A stretch of DNA of 124,000 nucleotides, taken from assembly GCF_000737315.1 (NCBI RefSeq), contig NZ_JMCB01000002.1, forward strand, positions 144,001 to 268,000, given 5' to 3'. Each line of letters opens with the position of its first letter. The first letter of the stretch is position 1. The notes beneath the pieces are model-generated. The model was not told where the DNA came from. It ran no database searches and was given only the letters and a program-made list of their open reading frames with translations. The translations under genes and the position numbers were made by a program. Of the stretch, positions 9,225-18,847 are shown piece after piece. The stretch is from Hyalangium minutum. Lineage in GTDB: Bacteria; Myxococcota; Myxococcia; Myxococcales; Myxococcaceae.

Positions 9225-9944
9225 ATGAGGTTCTACCTGCTGGATGGTGTCCCGGACCCAAAGTACTCGGGCGGGTACGACTACGGGCACCAATGGGGAC
9301 TGCCCGGGGTGCAATGCTCGGTCTGCAAGGCCACGTGGTCCTCCACGGGAGGTGCCTACCCCTCGGTGGATCTGTCTTATCTTCCGCCCGAGGAGCAAAA
9401 GAAGTACTTGCCGCGAGTCGAGGAGAACTACGAGGAGTTTAAGCGGCTGAAGGAGCAGGTGCGCCCGCTGGTACCTGCCGGTGTACCCCTTTGGCCAGGG
9501 ACCAAGTTTGGTCCCATGAATGGCCGGGCCTGGGGGGAGTTTGGCCCGCTGGTCTTGGCTCACGCGTGGGAGCTGTTGGTGCGGCGCGAGCCTCTGGAGC
9601 GGCTGCAGGCGGAGGGTTTGAGGGGCTTGAAGGGCTGCCGAACGGCGCTGCGCTTTCGCAAGAAGAACCCACCAGAACTGCTGGAGATGGAGCTGCTGCC
9701 CCGGGGCGCGCTTCACCCAGACTGTTTGCCGGAACGCCCCCCGCCTTGTCCCCAATGCGAGCGGGATGGCTTCGATTGGCCGGAGAAACCCCTGCTGAAC
9801 GCGGCCACACTGCCAGAGGACCTGGATGTGTTCCGGTTGGCCAACTTCATGACGATGATCATCGGTACCGAGCGCTTCGTGGAGGCGGTGCGGCGCTTGG
9901 GCTACGAGCAGGACATCGCCTTCAGGGAACTGCCAGCCCGCTGA
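9225..9944 (+). CDS. sitI6: SitI6-family double-CXXCG immunity protein, copy 2
   Basis: GLPGVQCSVC and PCPQC motifs; paralog of 3246..3968. Confidence 0.85.
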   Translation: MRFYLLDGVPDPKYSGGYDYGHQWGLPGVQCSVCKATWSSTGGAYPSVDLSYLPPEEQKKYLPRVEENYEEFKRLKEQVRPLVPAGVPLWPGTKFGPMNGRAWGEFGPLVLAHAWELLVRREPLERLQAEGLRGLKGCRTALRFRKKNPPELLEMELLPRGALHPDCLPERPPPCPQCERDGFDWPEKPLLNAATLPEDLDVFRLANFMTMIIGTERFVEAVRRLGYEQDIAFRELPAR

Positions 9945-10002
9945 GCCGCTCGCGCTCCAAACGCTTCTGCGCCTCGCCCAGTCTCGTGCTACCCCTCACC
10001 CC

Positions 10003-10806
10003 ATGATCGCTCCGTTCCTCGCTGCCACCCATGTCACGCCCTTGGGAGAGGGGCGCTACCGCAGCCGCTTCGAGGCCCCCTGGTACCAGGGTCGTGGCGC
10101 CTACGGCGGCGTGGTGGCCGGGCAGATCCTGCGCGCCATGGAGCACGTGGTGGCGGATCCCGACCGTCCGCTGCGCTCGTTCACCGTGCACTTCTGCGCC
10201 CCCGCCACCGAGGGCGAGGCGGAGGTCCGCGTGCGCATCGAGCGCTCCGGCAAGCTCGTCACCCATGCTACCGCCCGCACCGAGAACGCCGCCGGCGTGG
10301 TGTCCTTCGCCACCGCCACCTTCGGCACTCCTCGCCCTACCACCCCTCGCTATCTCGACGCGAAGCGGCCCGTGGCGCCTGCCCCCAGCGAGGTCAGCGT
10401 GGTGCCCGAGGAGGTGCCGATGCCCACCTTCTGCCAGTTCTTCGAGTACCGCTTCTGCGTGGGCTCGGCGCCGTACTCGGCCTCCGAGCCCCGGCTGGGT
10501 GGGTGGATCCGCCCGAAGGGAGAGCCCCTGGCTCTGGACGCCGCGCTCTGTGTGGGGCTGCTGGACGCGTACCCTCCCTCGGTCCTGTGCTCGCTCTCGG
10601 AGCTGCGGCCCGTGGCCAGCGTGGACTTCACCGTCCACTTCTTCCACGCGCTGCCTCGCCCAGGGGACCGGCCAGGCGAGCACTACCTCCGCACGGGCGT
10701 CTCCCGCTGGGCCGGTGAGGGCTTCGCGGAGGACCTCCAGGAGCTGTGGTCCGAAGAGGGAGAGCTGATCGCCCAGTGCCGCCAGTGCATCGCCGTGCTT
10801 GGCTGA
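10003..10806 (+). CDS. Acyl-CoA thioesterase family protein (TesB-like double hotdog)
   Basis: WYQGRGAYGGVVAG, SFTVHF, ASVDFTVHF, LWSEEGELIAQCRQ motifs. Confidence 0.85.
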   Translation: MIAPFLAATHVTPLGEGRYRSRFEAPWYQGRGAYGGVVAGQILRAMEHVVADPDRPLRSFTVHFCAPATEGEAEVRVRIERSGKLVTHATARTENAAGVVSFATATFGTPRPTTPRYLDAKRPVAPAPSEVSVVPEEVPMPTFCQFFEYRFCVGSAPYSASEPRLGGWIRPKGEPLALDAALCVGLLDAYPPSVLCSLSELRPVASVDFTVHFFHALPRPGDRPGEHYLRTGVSRWAGEGFAEDLQELWSEEGELIAQCRQCIAVLG

Positions 10807-10884
10807 ATCCCCTCGGAGCTTCCTGGCGACTTTTGTACACCGGGGGTGAGTTCGTATGCTCACGGCGTGAGTCCGACGAGTTCC

Positions 10885-13800
10885 ATGCATCCGGAGTACG
10901 AGGACGAGCTGCACCTCGCCCTGGTGGAGGGAGTGCTGTCCCGGGATCAGGTCGAGCCCCTGCGCGCGGAGGTGGTTCGCCTGGGCCGGAGCCCTCTGGA
11001 CCTGTTGATGGAGCGCGGCCAGCTCTCCCCCGAGACGCTCTCCTCCCTGCGAGGCGAGCTCCACCGCCAGGCCCCACCCGCCGTTGCGGGCCAGCCGCAG
11101 GAGCCCGCCACCCAGAAGCCCGGAGCTGCTTCCCAGGCGGACTCCTCCTCCGAGCCCGTCTTCCCCCTGCGGAACTGGGACCGCTACCAGCCCGTGCGCT
11201 TCCTGGGGCAGGGCGGCATGGGCCAGGTGTTCCTCGCGTACGACCCGCGCCTGCGCCGCAACGTGGCCATCAAGTTCGTGCGCGAGGGCAGCCCCGAGCT
11301 CGCCCAGCGCTTCCTCTCCGAGGCCCGCGCCCAGGCCCGCGTCCAGCACCAGCGCGTCTGTGAGATGTACGAGGTCGGCGAGGCTCAGAGCCGCGCGTAC
11401 ATCGCCATGCAGTACGTGGAGGGGCGCTCGCTCGGCCAGCTCGCGCCCGAGCTCACGCTGGAGCAGAAGATCCTCGTGATGCGCGATGTCTGCGAGGGTG
11501 TGCACGCCGCTCACCGTGCGGGGCTGATTCACCGCGACCTGAAGCCCTCCAACGTCCTGGTAGAGCGCACCGAGGACGGAGGCCTCAAGCCCTACGTCAT
11601 GGACTTCGGCCTCGCGCGGGACTGGCAGGGCGAGAACACCGCCACGGGCTCGGTGCTGGGCACTCCCCACTACATGGCGCCCGAGCAGGCCCGGGGCGAG
11701 GTGTCCCAGCTGGACCGGCGCGTGGACGTCTACAGCCTGGGCGCCACACTCTACCAAGTGCTCACGGGCCAGCCTCCCTTCGCTGGCCTCAACGCCCTGG
11801 AGATCGTGAGCCGGATCCAGACCGAGGAGCCGCCGTCTCCGCGCACGCTCGTGCCGGATCTGCCGGTCGACCTGGAGGCCATCGTCCTCAAGTGCCTCGA
11901 GAAGGACCGCGCGGCGCGGTACGACTCGGCGCGCGCCCTGGCCGAGGACTTGGAGCGGTTCCTCTCAGGCGAGCCCGTCCTGGCGAGTTCCGCGGGGCCG
12001 CTGTACCGGCTGCGCAAGAAGGTCCGCAAGCACCGCGTCCTGGTGGCTGTCGGCACCGCGGCCACGCTGGTGCTGGGCGTCGCCGTGGGACAGGCCGCCC
12101 TGGCCCGCCGCGAGGTGGTGGAGCGTGAGCGCCTCTCCCGCAGCTTCACCGAGAGGGTGGAGCGCATCGAGGCCATGTCCCGCTACTCCTCCATGGCGCC
12201 GCTGCACGACACCACCGCCGACCGTCAGGCCATCCGCCAGCAGATGGAGGAACTGGAGGCCGAGGTCCACGCGGGCGGCGCTCAGGCCGAGGGGCCCGGC
12301 GACTACGCCGTGGGCCGTGCACTCTTCGCGCTCGGGGATGCCGAGGGGGCGCGCACCCAGCTCGAGGCCGCATGGCAGAGTGGCTTCCGCGAGGCGCGCG
12401 TGGCCTATGCCCTGGCGCTGGCGCTTGGGCAGCTCTACCAGGAGCAGCTCCTGGAGGTGGAGCGCCTGCGCAGTGCCCCGCAGCGCGAGGCCCGCCGCCG
12501 CGAGCTCGAGCAGCGCTACCGCGATCCCGCCCTCGGCTACTTGAAGCAGAGCGTGCAGAGCGGTGGCGCGGAGGTTCCCTCCACCGAGTACGTCACGGCG
12601 CTCATGGCCTTCTACGAGGGCCGCTACGAGGACGCCCTGACGCACCTGGAGAAGATGGGCACCCTCAACCCCTGGTTCTACGAAGCGCCCCTGCTCCGTG
12701 GGGACATCCTCCAGGCCCGTGCCAGCCGCAGGTTGTACCAGGGTGACCGCGCCGGAGCGCTGTCTGATCTGGAGACGGCCGGGCAGGCCCAGGCCCTTGC
12801 CGCCGACATCGGCGAGAGCGAGTTCGCCGTCTACCACGCCATGGCGCGGCTGCAGCTCACCGCGCTGACCCTGGAGCTCTACGGCCAGGGCGAGGTGCGG
12901 CCTCATTATGAGAAGGGCCTGGAAGCGCTCTCCCGCGCGCTCACCGTCATACCGGATCACTTCAAAGCCCGGCTGCTGGAGTCCCGCCTCCACCGCCGGA
13001 TGGTGGATCAGCTGACGCAGCAAGGCGCCGAGGTGTTGCCGCTGCTGGAGAAGGCCCTCGCCGCCTCACGCACCGCCGCGGCGCTCGCGCCCAGCCAACC
13101 GCAGGTCCACACCGAGCTGGCTTTCGTCTTCCGCCGCTGGGCGCTCTACCGCCAGAGCCGGGGCGAGGATCCGTCCGAGCAGCTGCGCGAGGCCGCCGCA
13201 GCCCTCGAGCGCATCCGCCCGGAAGAGCGGAACTCCTCGTTCCACAGCGAGATGGGGAACATCTTCAAGGTGTGGGCCGACGCCGAGGAGCAATCCGGCA
13301 AGGACTCCCTCGAGCACCGCGGACAGGCCATCGACGCATACCGTGCGGCCCTCCAGCTGGATGCGAGCCAGGCAGAGACCTGGAGCAGCCTGGGTACCGC
13401 CTACTTCAAGCGGGGCACGAGCCCGCACCCCCGTGATGCCGATGGCGACCTGGAGCAGGCCTGGACCGCGCTCGAGCGTGCGCAGAGCATCGACCCGGGC
13501 AACTACGTCCACTACTTCTATGGAGGGCAGGTGCAGGAGTGGCGGGCCCGCCGGAAGTACAACCGTGGCCGCGGAGTGGAGCCGGAGCTGGAGCAGGCCC
13601 TGGCGCAGTACCGCAAGGGGCTGGCCATCAACAGCAAGCTGCCTCAGTTCCACAACCTCCTGGGCGGAGCGCTGCTGTGGAGGGCGGAGCTGACGTGGGA
13701 AGAGGGCGGTGACGCCTCCCTGTGGCTCGATCAGGCCCAGCCCGCCTTCGAGCAAGCCCGCACCGTGGCCCCTCAGCAGGCCTTCGCGTACAACGGATTG

Positions 13801-14514
13801 GGCGAGGTGCATGCGTGGCGGGCGTTGTTCCAGCTCCGCGCGAAGCAGGATCCCCTCCCCAGTGGCCGCGCGGCCCTCGAGGCCTACCAACAGGCCCTCG
13901 ACCGGGCTCCTCGCAACGCGCAGTCCTGGACCAACATGGCCAAGGTCCGTGTCTCCCTGGCCCTCTGGGCGCTGGAGCAAGGCAGAGACCCTGGGCCCGA
14001 GCTCGATCGGGCCACGGAGGCGCTGCGCCAGGCGCTCAGCATCAACCCGCGCATGGCGAACGCCCTGCGCTACCAGGGCGAGACACTCGGAATCCGTGCG
14101 CGCTGGCTGGCGCGCCAGGGCCAAGGGCGCCAGGGGGACTTCGAAGCCGCCGCCACCGCCCTCCAGCAGGCCATTGGCGCGGATCCCGAATGGCAGGAGT
14201 ACCGCCTCTCCGCGGCCATGCTCCACCGCGAGTGGGGGAAATGGCTGGCGGCCACGGGGAGCGATCCCACCCCGGTGCTGAGGCAGGGGCTGGCCTGGAT
14301 CGACGAGTCGCTGGCTTCCCGTCCCAAGTGGGCCCACGCCCGAGCTGTCCGGGCCCGCCTGCTTCTGGCGCTGGCGGAGACCTCGGTGGAGCCTCCGCAG
14401 CAGCAGGCCTGGAAGAGCGAGGCCCGGAAGGAGCTGGAACAGGCGCTCGCCAGCAATCCCCACCTCGTGAGCGAGTGGGGCCAGAGCCTCGTCTCACGAG
14501 GTCTCACGCCCTAG
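10885..14514 (+). CDS. Large Ser/Thr kinase with transmembrane segment and C-terminal TPR array
   Basis: GQGGMGQV, VAIK, HRDLKPSN, DFG; long TPR tail; start may be the GTG at 10846. Confidence 0.9.
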   Translation: MHPEYEDELHLALVEGVLSRDQVEPLRAEVVRLGRSPLDLLMERGQLSPETLSSLRGELHRQAPPAVAGQPQEPATQKPGAASQADSSSEPVFPLRNWDRYQPVRFLGQGGMGQVFLAYDPRLRRNVAIKFVREGSPELAQRFLSEARAQARVQHQRVCEMYEVGEAQSRAYIAMQYVEGRSLGQLAPELTLEQKILVMRDVCEGVHAAHRAGLIHRDLKPSNVLVERTEDGGLKPYVMDFGLARDWQGENTATGSVLGTPHYMAPEQARGEVSQLDRRVDVYSLGATLYQVLTGQPPFAGLNALEIVSRIQTEEPPSPRTLVPDLPVDLEAIVLKCLEKDRAARYDSARALAEDLERFLSGEPVLASSAGPLYRLRKKVRKHRVLVAVGTAATLVLGVAVGQAALARREVVERERLSRSFTERVERIEAMSRYSSMAPLHDTTADRQAIRQQMEELEAEVHAGGAQAEGPGDYAVGRALFALGDAEGARTQLEAAWQSGFREARVAYALALALGQLYQEQLLEVERLRSAPQREARRRELEQRYRDPALGYLKQSVQSGGAEVPSTEYVTALMAFYEGRYEDALTHLEKMGTLNPWFYEAPLLRGDILQARASRRLYQGDRAGALSDLETAGQAQALAADIGESEFAVYHAMARLQLTALTLELYGQGEVRPHYEKGLEALSRALTVIPDHFKARLLESRLHRRMVDQLTQQGAEVLPLLEKALAASRTAAALAPSQPQVHTELAFVFRRWALYRQSRGEDPSEQLREAAAALERIRPEERNSSFHSEMGNIFKVWADAEEQSGKDSLEHRGQAIDAYRAALQLDASQAETWSSLGTAYFKRGTSPHPRDADGDLEQAWTALERAQSIDPGNYVHYFYGGQVQEWRARRKYNRGRGVEPELEQALAQYRKGLAINSKLPQFHNLLGGALLWRAELTWEEGGDASLWLDQAQPAFEQARTVAPQQAFAYNGLGEVHAWRALFQLRAKQDPLPSGRAALEAYQQALDRAPRNAQSWTNMAKVRVSLALWALEQGRDPGPELDRATEALRQALSINPRMANALRYQGETLGIRARWLARQGQGRQGDFEAAATALQQAIGADPEWQEYRLSAAMLHREWGKWLAATGSDPTPVLRQGLAWIDESLASRPKWAHARAVRARLLLALAETSVEPPQQQAWKSEARKELEQALASNPHLVSEWGQSLVSRGLTP

Positions 14515-14527
14515 CCGCCGGGACGGC

Positions 14528-14872
14528 TTACTTCCCCTTGGGCTTGGGCGGGTCTCGCGTCACCTCCAGGTCCCCGGCCGTCGCGGTGGGGGGCTCGGGA
14601 TTCGTGCTCACCAGCTCTGTGACGTCGAAGGGATAATGCCCGTCGGCCCACTCGGCGACGTAGTAGGTCTTCGAAGACTTGTCCGGGTCGGAGCCGTCCA
14701 AGACGAACAAACTGGTCTGGCCGACGAAGGGAGAGTTCGAGTCGAAGTCCACGTTGACCTTATCCGTCCGGCCATCCATCTCGAAGGTGACCTCGTACCC
14801 CGGCTTCACGACGGGAGGATCAGGGACATAGCCAATGCCGCTGGATTTGATCTTGACGTGTTGGGTGGTCAT
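14528..14872 (-). CDS. Small hypothetical protein downstream of a sigma54 promoter
   Basis: MTTQHVKIK start with GAGG RBS; beta-rich 114 aa. Confidence 0.7.
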   Translation of the reverse strand: MTTQHVKIKSSGIGYVPDPPVVKPGYEVTFEMDGRTDKVNVDFDSNSPFVGQTSLFVLDGSDPDKSSKTYYVAEWADGHYPFDVTELVSTNPEPPTATAGDLEVTRDPPKPKGK

Positions 14873-14940
14873 ACAAGGACCTCTGCTCGTTCCGAGCTGA
14901 TGGGGTGCAAGTCTCATTCGCGAGACGCAGGTAGTATCGT

Positions 14941-14956
14941 TGCACTGCCTGTGCCA
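14941..14956 (-). promoter_or_regulatory. Sigma54 (-24/-12) promoter
   Basis: Minus strand TGGCACAGGCAGTGCA has GG-N10-GC spacing; about 70 nt upstream of ATG 14872 and next to a sigma54 activator gene. Confidence 0.7.
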
Positions 14957-15054
14957 GAGAAGGATGTCGCACGCGCGAAACATCGAAGGCGCGCAGGTGG
15001 CGTGTCAAGCCGCAGCGCCGACGTGTCAGTGGGCCGCGCTGATCTGTCACCCGC

Positions 15055-16692
15055 TCAGGACTCGGTGAGCCCCAGCTCCCGGATGCGGCGCTGGAGACCG
15101 CGCTTGGAGACCTCGAGCCGCTGCACCATGGCGTCCAGGTCTCCTTTGCACTCGCGGAAGCAGCGGGTGATCTCCTCGGTGCTCAGGTCTCCCACAGTCC
15201 GCAGGCTGGGGCTCCGGTCGATCAGCATGTAGAGCGAGGGGCGGGTGATGCCCAGCCGCTCGGCGGCGGCCTTGATGTCCCACGCGGTACCTCGCAGGGC
15301 CTCCAGCAGCTCCGTGTCCGTCACATCGGACGGCTTGCGCCGGGAGGGAGCGGGCTCCTGCGCAGCGGCCGGCCTCTGCGGTGCCGGGGAGGCCAAGGGA
15401 ATGGAGCGCTTCGGGATGGGCGAGGCAGCGGCATCCAGCTCCTGCTCGATGCGCGGGGTGGCCTGCAGCCCCGGGAGCCCCCGGCTTCCGATGACGATCT
15501 GCCGCGTGAGGTTGCGCAGCTGGCGGACGTTGCCGGGCCAGGAGAAGCGCACCATTCGCACCGCCAGCGCGGGAGGCAGCCACGGCTCGCTCTGCGAGGC
15601 GGAGTCCAAGCGGTGGGCCTCGCCCAGTGCCGCCAGTTCCTCTCGCGCGAAGTGGTGGAAGAGCACGCCGATGTCGTCCCGGCGGTCCCTCAGCGGAGGC
15701 ACTTGGATTTCGTAGCCGGCCAGCCGGTGCAGCAGCGGGGCCTTGAAGAGATCCTGCCGGATGCGGTCCTCCAGGTCGGCATCCGTGGCGGTGATCAGCC
15801 GCACGTCCACGGACACGGGCGCGTGGCCGCCCACCGGGTAGACCTCGCCCGTCTCCAGCACGCGCAGCAGCAGCACCTGGACCTCGGGCGGGGCCTCGCC
15901 CACCTCATCCAGGAAGAGGGTGCCTCCGTGGGCTGCGCGGAAGAAGCCCTCGCGATCCTGGGTGGAGCCGGTATAGGCGCCCTTTCGTGCGCCGAAGAGC
16001 TCGGCTGCGGCCAGCTCCTTGGGCAGCGCGCCCAGGTTGACGCTGATGAAGGGCCCCGCGCGCCGGGGGCTGCGCATGTGGATGGCGCGCGCCACCAGCT
16101 CCTTGCCCGAGCCAGTCTCTCCTCGGATGAGGACGGGCACCTTGAGATCCGCCACGCGGGTGCTGTCCTCGCGCACCCGGCGGGTGCTGGCGCTGTTGCC
16201 CACCATGCCCAGATCGTCCGGAATGTCTGGCTCGATGGAGGGCGCCAGGTGGAGCAGCAGCACGATGCGCTCGGCCAGCACGAGCGGAATGCCGGCGGCC
16301 AGCTCCTCGGCACTGAACTCCCGGGCGCCGACGAGCGGCTCATGCACCACGCGCACCTGCGTGCCGCCCTCCTCCACGCGCAGCCGAATCCCTCCGGTCT
16401 CCGTGCGCTCGAACACGAGGGGCTTGCGGCTGAGGAAGGTGTCCGCCAGGGGCATGCCCAGGGGCCCACCCGGGCGGACGAAGTCCGGCCCCACGCGCGA
16501 TACGGACACGCTGCCCCCCGAACTCAGGGAGCCCAGGAGCAGCCGCTCTCCCGCGCGGTGGGGCGTCGGGTGGGAGACGATGGTCAGAGCTGGCACGGGA
16601 CGCGACACCTGCTCCGAAGAGCGGGTGGGCGTGGCGGCCGTCGAGATGTCTGCAAACTTCTTTTCCTGCATGAGCGCCTGCTTCGGGGGCAT
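15055..16692 (-). CDS. Sigma54-dependent transcriptional activator (EBP) with N-terminal FHA-like region
   Basis: GETGSGKEL Walker A, LFGARKGAYTGS (GAFTGA variant), FLDEVGE Walker B, C-terminal HTH. Confidence 0.92.
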   Translation of the reverse strand: MPPKQALMQEKKFADISTAATPTRSSEQVSRPVPALTIVSHPTPHRAGERLLLGSLSSGGSVSVSRVGPDFVRPGGPLGMPLADTFLSRKPLVFERTETGGIRLRVEEGGTQVRVVHEPLVGAREFSAEELAAGIPLVLAERIVLLLHLAPSIEPDIPDDLGMVGNSASTRRVREDSTRVADLKVPVLIRGETGSGKELVARAIHMRSPRRAGPFISVNLGALPKELAAAELFGARKGAYTGSTQDREGFFRAAHGGTLFLDEVGEAPPEVQVLLLRVLETGEVYPVGGHAPVSVDVRLITATDADLEDRIRQDLFKAPLLHRLAGYEIQVPPLRDRRDDIGVLFHHFAREELAALGEAHRLDSASQSEPWLPPALAVRMVRFSWPGNVRQLRNLTRQIVIGSRGLPGLQATPRIEQELDAAASPIPKRSIPLASPAPQRPAAAQEPAPSRRKPSDVTDTELLEALRGTAWDIKAAAERLGITRPSLYMLIDRSPSLRTVGDLSTEEITRCFRECKGDLDAMVQRLEVSKRGLQRRIRELGLTES

Positions 16693-16774
16693 GACTGCGA
16701 GGACACAGCGAGTGTAGCGCCTCTTGGTGCTACATAGAGCGTGATAGCCCCGGGCGCGATAGGCTGCATGCAGG

Positions 16775-17758
16775 ATGAGTGAGACCCGCGAGTTGCGAGC
16801 CAGGCTCGAGGAGACTCAGGCAGAGCTTCGCCGCACGAGGGATCACCTGGAGAAGCTGCGGGCGCACCAAGCTCGGGAGCGGCAGTTTCTGCAGCAAGAG
16901 CTGGAGCAGGCGCGGCACGAGGTAAGCGGGCTGAGAGGACGCCTCGAGGCCTTGGAGCGCTTCGAGAACGAGCCCTCGCCGTCCTCGGACGAGAATCAGC
17001 CCGAGCCCGTAGCGGTGGAGCGCTCGGCCACCGCGCTCGTGGCGCTCGCCCGGAGCCCCGAGACAGGCCTCACGCCTCTCGCCATCTCCACGCTCGCCCG
17101 GCTCTTGAACGTGGCACCCGTCGACGTGCGGCTGCGCCTGGCATCGCCGCTCCCGGCGGCGCTGGCCCGGTTGCCGCTCGCTCAGGCCGAGGAACTCCGT
17201 GTCTCGCTCCGGGAGGAAGGCTTCCTCGCGGTCATCCATGAGGTGTCACCCGCCCTTCCGAGGAAGTGGGTGCGTGTGAAGCGGTTCGCGCTCGAAGAGG
17301 AGGGCCTGCGGGTGGAGAACCCGAACCGCGAGAGCTTCCCGGTGCGCTACGCGGAGCTGCGCCTGTTGATGCGGGGGCGCAGGACCACCACCCACGTCGA
17401 GACGAAGCAGGAGGTGGACTACGAAGTCCACCAGCAGCGCTACCGCCGGACGCCGAAAGAGGTGGAGGAGAAGCGCCAGACGGTGGAGAACTTCCTCTGG
17501 GTGATGGGCAAGGGCTTCCGGGCCATCTTCAACGAATCCACCCAGTTCACGGGCCTGGGCGCGCTGCGCACCTTCACCGTGCACGAGAACCTCCAGCGCC
17601 TGATGGCCGAGCTCCACCAGCGCGCGCCTCACGTGGCGCGGGACGAGCGCTTCGTGCAGCAGTCCCGCTTCGTCATGCCGCTCGTGGATCCGGGCCGTGG
17701 CCAGGAGCTGTTGGCCGAGGTGCTGCTCCAGGCGGTGGAGGAGGGGCTCTGGTCATGA
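16775..17758 (+). CDS. Hypothetical protein with N-terminal coiled coil
   Basis: 327-aa ORF with typical codon usage; heptad-rich N-terminus. Confidence 0.7.
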   Translation: MSETRELRARLEETQAELRRTRDHLEKLRAHQARERQFLQQELEQARHEVSGLRGRLEALERFENEPSPSSDENQPEPVAVERSATALVALARSPETGLTPLAISTLARLLNVAPVDVRLRLASPLPAALARLPLAQAEELRVSLREEGFLAVIHEVSPALPRKWVRVKRFALEEEGLRVENPNRESFPVRYAELRLLMRGRRTTTHVETKQEVDYEVHQQRYRRTPKEVEEKRQTVENFLWVMGKGFRAIFNESTQFTGLGALRTFTVHENLQRLMAELHQRAPHVARDERFVQQSRFVMPLVDPGRGQELLAEVLLQAVEEGLWS

Positions 17759-17952
17759 GCGAGGCGCGCGAGCTGAGCGACAAGCTCAACCAGGTGCGGG
17801 AGGAACTGCGCCAGACGCGGGAGCAACTGGACAAGCTCCGGACGCAGCACGCGCGCGAGCAGCAGGCCCTGCAGCAGTCGCTGGAGGAGGCGCGGCGGGA
17901 GGCGGAGCGGCTGCGTGCGCGTGTCAAGAAGGCCGAGGAGCGCGTAAAGTAG
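17755..17952 (+). CDS. Small coiled-coil protein resembling the N-terminus of the preceding gene
   Basis: ATGA overlap with upstream stop; MSEARELSDKLNQVREELRQTREQLDKLR. Confidence 0.65.
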   Translation: MSEARELSDKLNQVREELRQTREQLDKLRTQHAREQQALQQSLEEARREAERLRARVKKAEERVK

Positions 17953-17956
17953 GGCC

Positions 17957-18697
17957 ATGGCGAAGACCGCACCCCGCAGCCGCAGCAAGGCCCCCGCGAA
18001 GAAGAAGCCCACCCGCTCGGCGGCTCCGAAGCCGAGCGCCTCGTCCGCGAAGCCCGCTCCGGCCCGCGAGGCTCCCAAGGCTCCCAAGGCTCCGGAGGTG
18101 ACCATCCTGGAGCCCGAGCCCCTCCGCCCCGCGCGGAAGGCACTGCCCGCGGGAGACGCCGTGGACAAGGGCCGCGCGCTGCCCTTCGAGATCGACCCCA
18201 AGCGCGTCGAGGAGAGCCTCAAGAAGCTCCAGGGCGAGATGGTCCACTGGGCCAACAAGGGCCGCTACACGAAGGTGCGCTTCAAGTTCCGCGGCAAGCA
18301 GCTCCTGCCGGACCTGCCCCTGGCCGCCGTCGTCGCCGCCGAGGGCCTCACCTTCTACTGGGGCGGCATCCTCCGCATGCTCGTCGCCAACGTGGTGGGC
18401 AAGAGCGTGCTCTCGGTGGAGTTCATCAACGACTCGGAGAAGAAGGTCCAGGCGGGCAAGGAGGCGCTCTTGTCCGGAGACGTGGACCAAGCGCTCACCC
18501 TGTTCCGAGAGGCCCTCGCGATGGACCGCGACAATGCCTCCGCGCACCTCAATGTGGGCGTGGCGCTGAAGCTCAAGGGAGACCGGGAGGGCGCCCTGGC
18601 CGCCTTCGAAAAAGCGAAGGAAAAAGACCCGGAAGGGTCCGTGGGCGCGGAGGCCGAGCGGCTTGCCGCCCCGCTGCGTCCCAAGAGTGTGGCATAG
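17957..18697 (+). CDS. Hypothetical protein with Lys/Pro/Ala-rich N-terminus and C-terminal TPR
   Basis: Basic low-complexity N-terminus; AHLNVGVALKLKGD TPR motif. Confidence 0.8.
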   Translation: MAKTAPRSRSKAPAKKKPTRSAAPKPSASSAKPAPAREAPKAPKAPEVTILEPEPLRPARKALPAGDAVDKGRALPFEIDPKRVEESLKKLQGEMVHWANKGRYTKVRFKFRGKQLLPDLPLAAVVAAEGLTFYWGGILRMLVANVVGKSVLSVEFINDSEKKVQAGKEALLSGDVDQALTLFREALAMDRDNASAHLNVGVALKLKGDREGALAAFEKAKEKDPEGSVGAEAERLAAPLRPKSVA

Positions 18698-18749
18698 CCT
18701 CCTCCACCACCGGCCGGGCAGCCCTGCCAACACCCCCTCGTTTCCCCTG

Positions 18750-18778
18750 TTGACGTAGGAAGATCCGAGGGTTACGAA
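18750..18778 (+). promoter_or_regulatory. Putative sigma70 promoter of gyrA
   Basis: TTGACG-17nt-TACGAA upstream of gyrA. Confidence 0.4.
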
Positions 18779-18847
18779 CGCTCCAACGCCGGGCGGATAG
18801 CCCCCTTCGGGCGGGCCCGCCCCCACTCTCCAGAGCGCTCCATCTCC

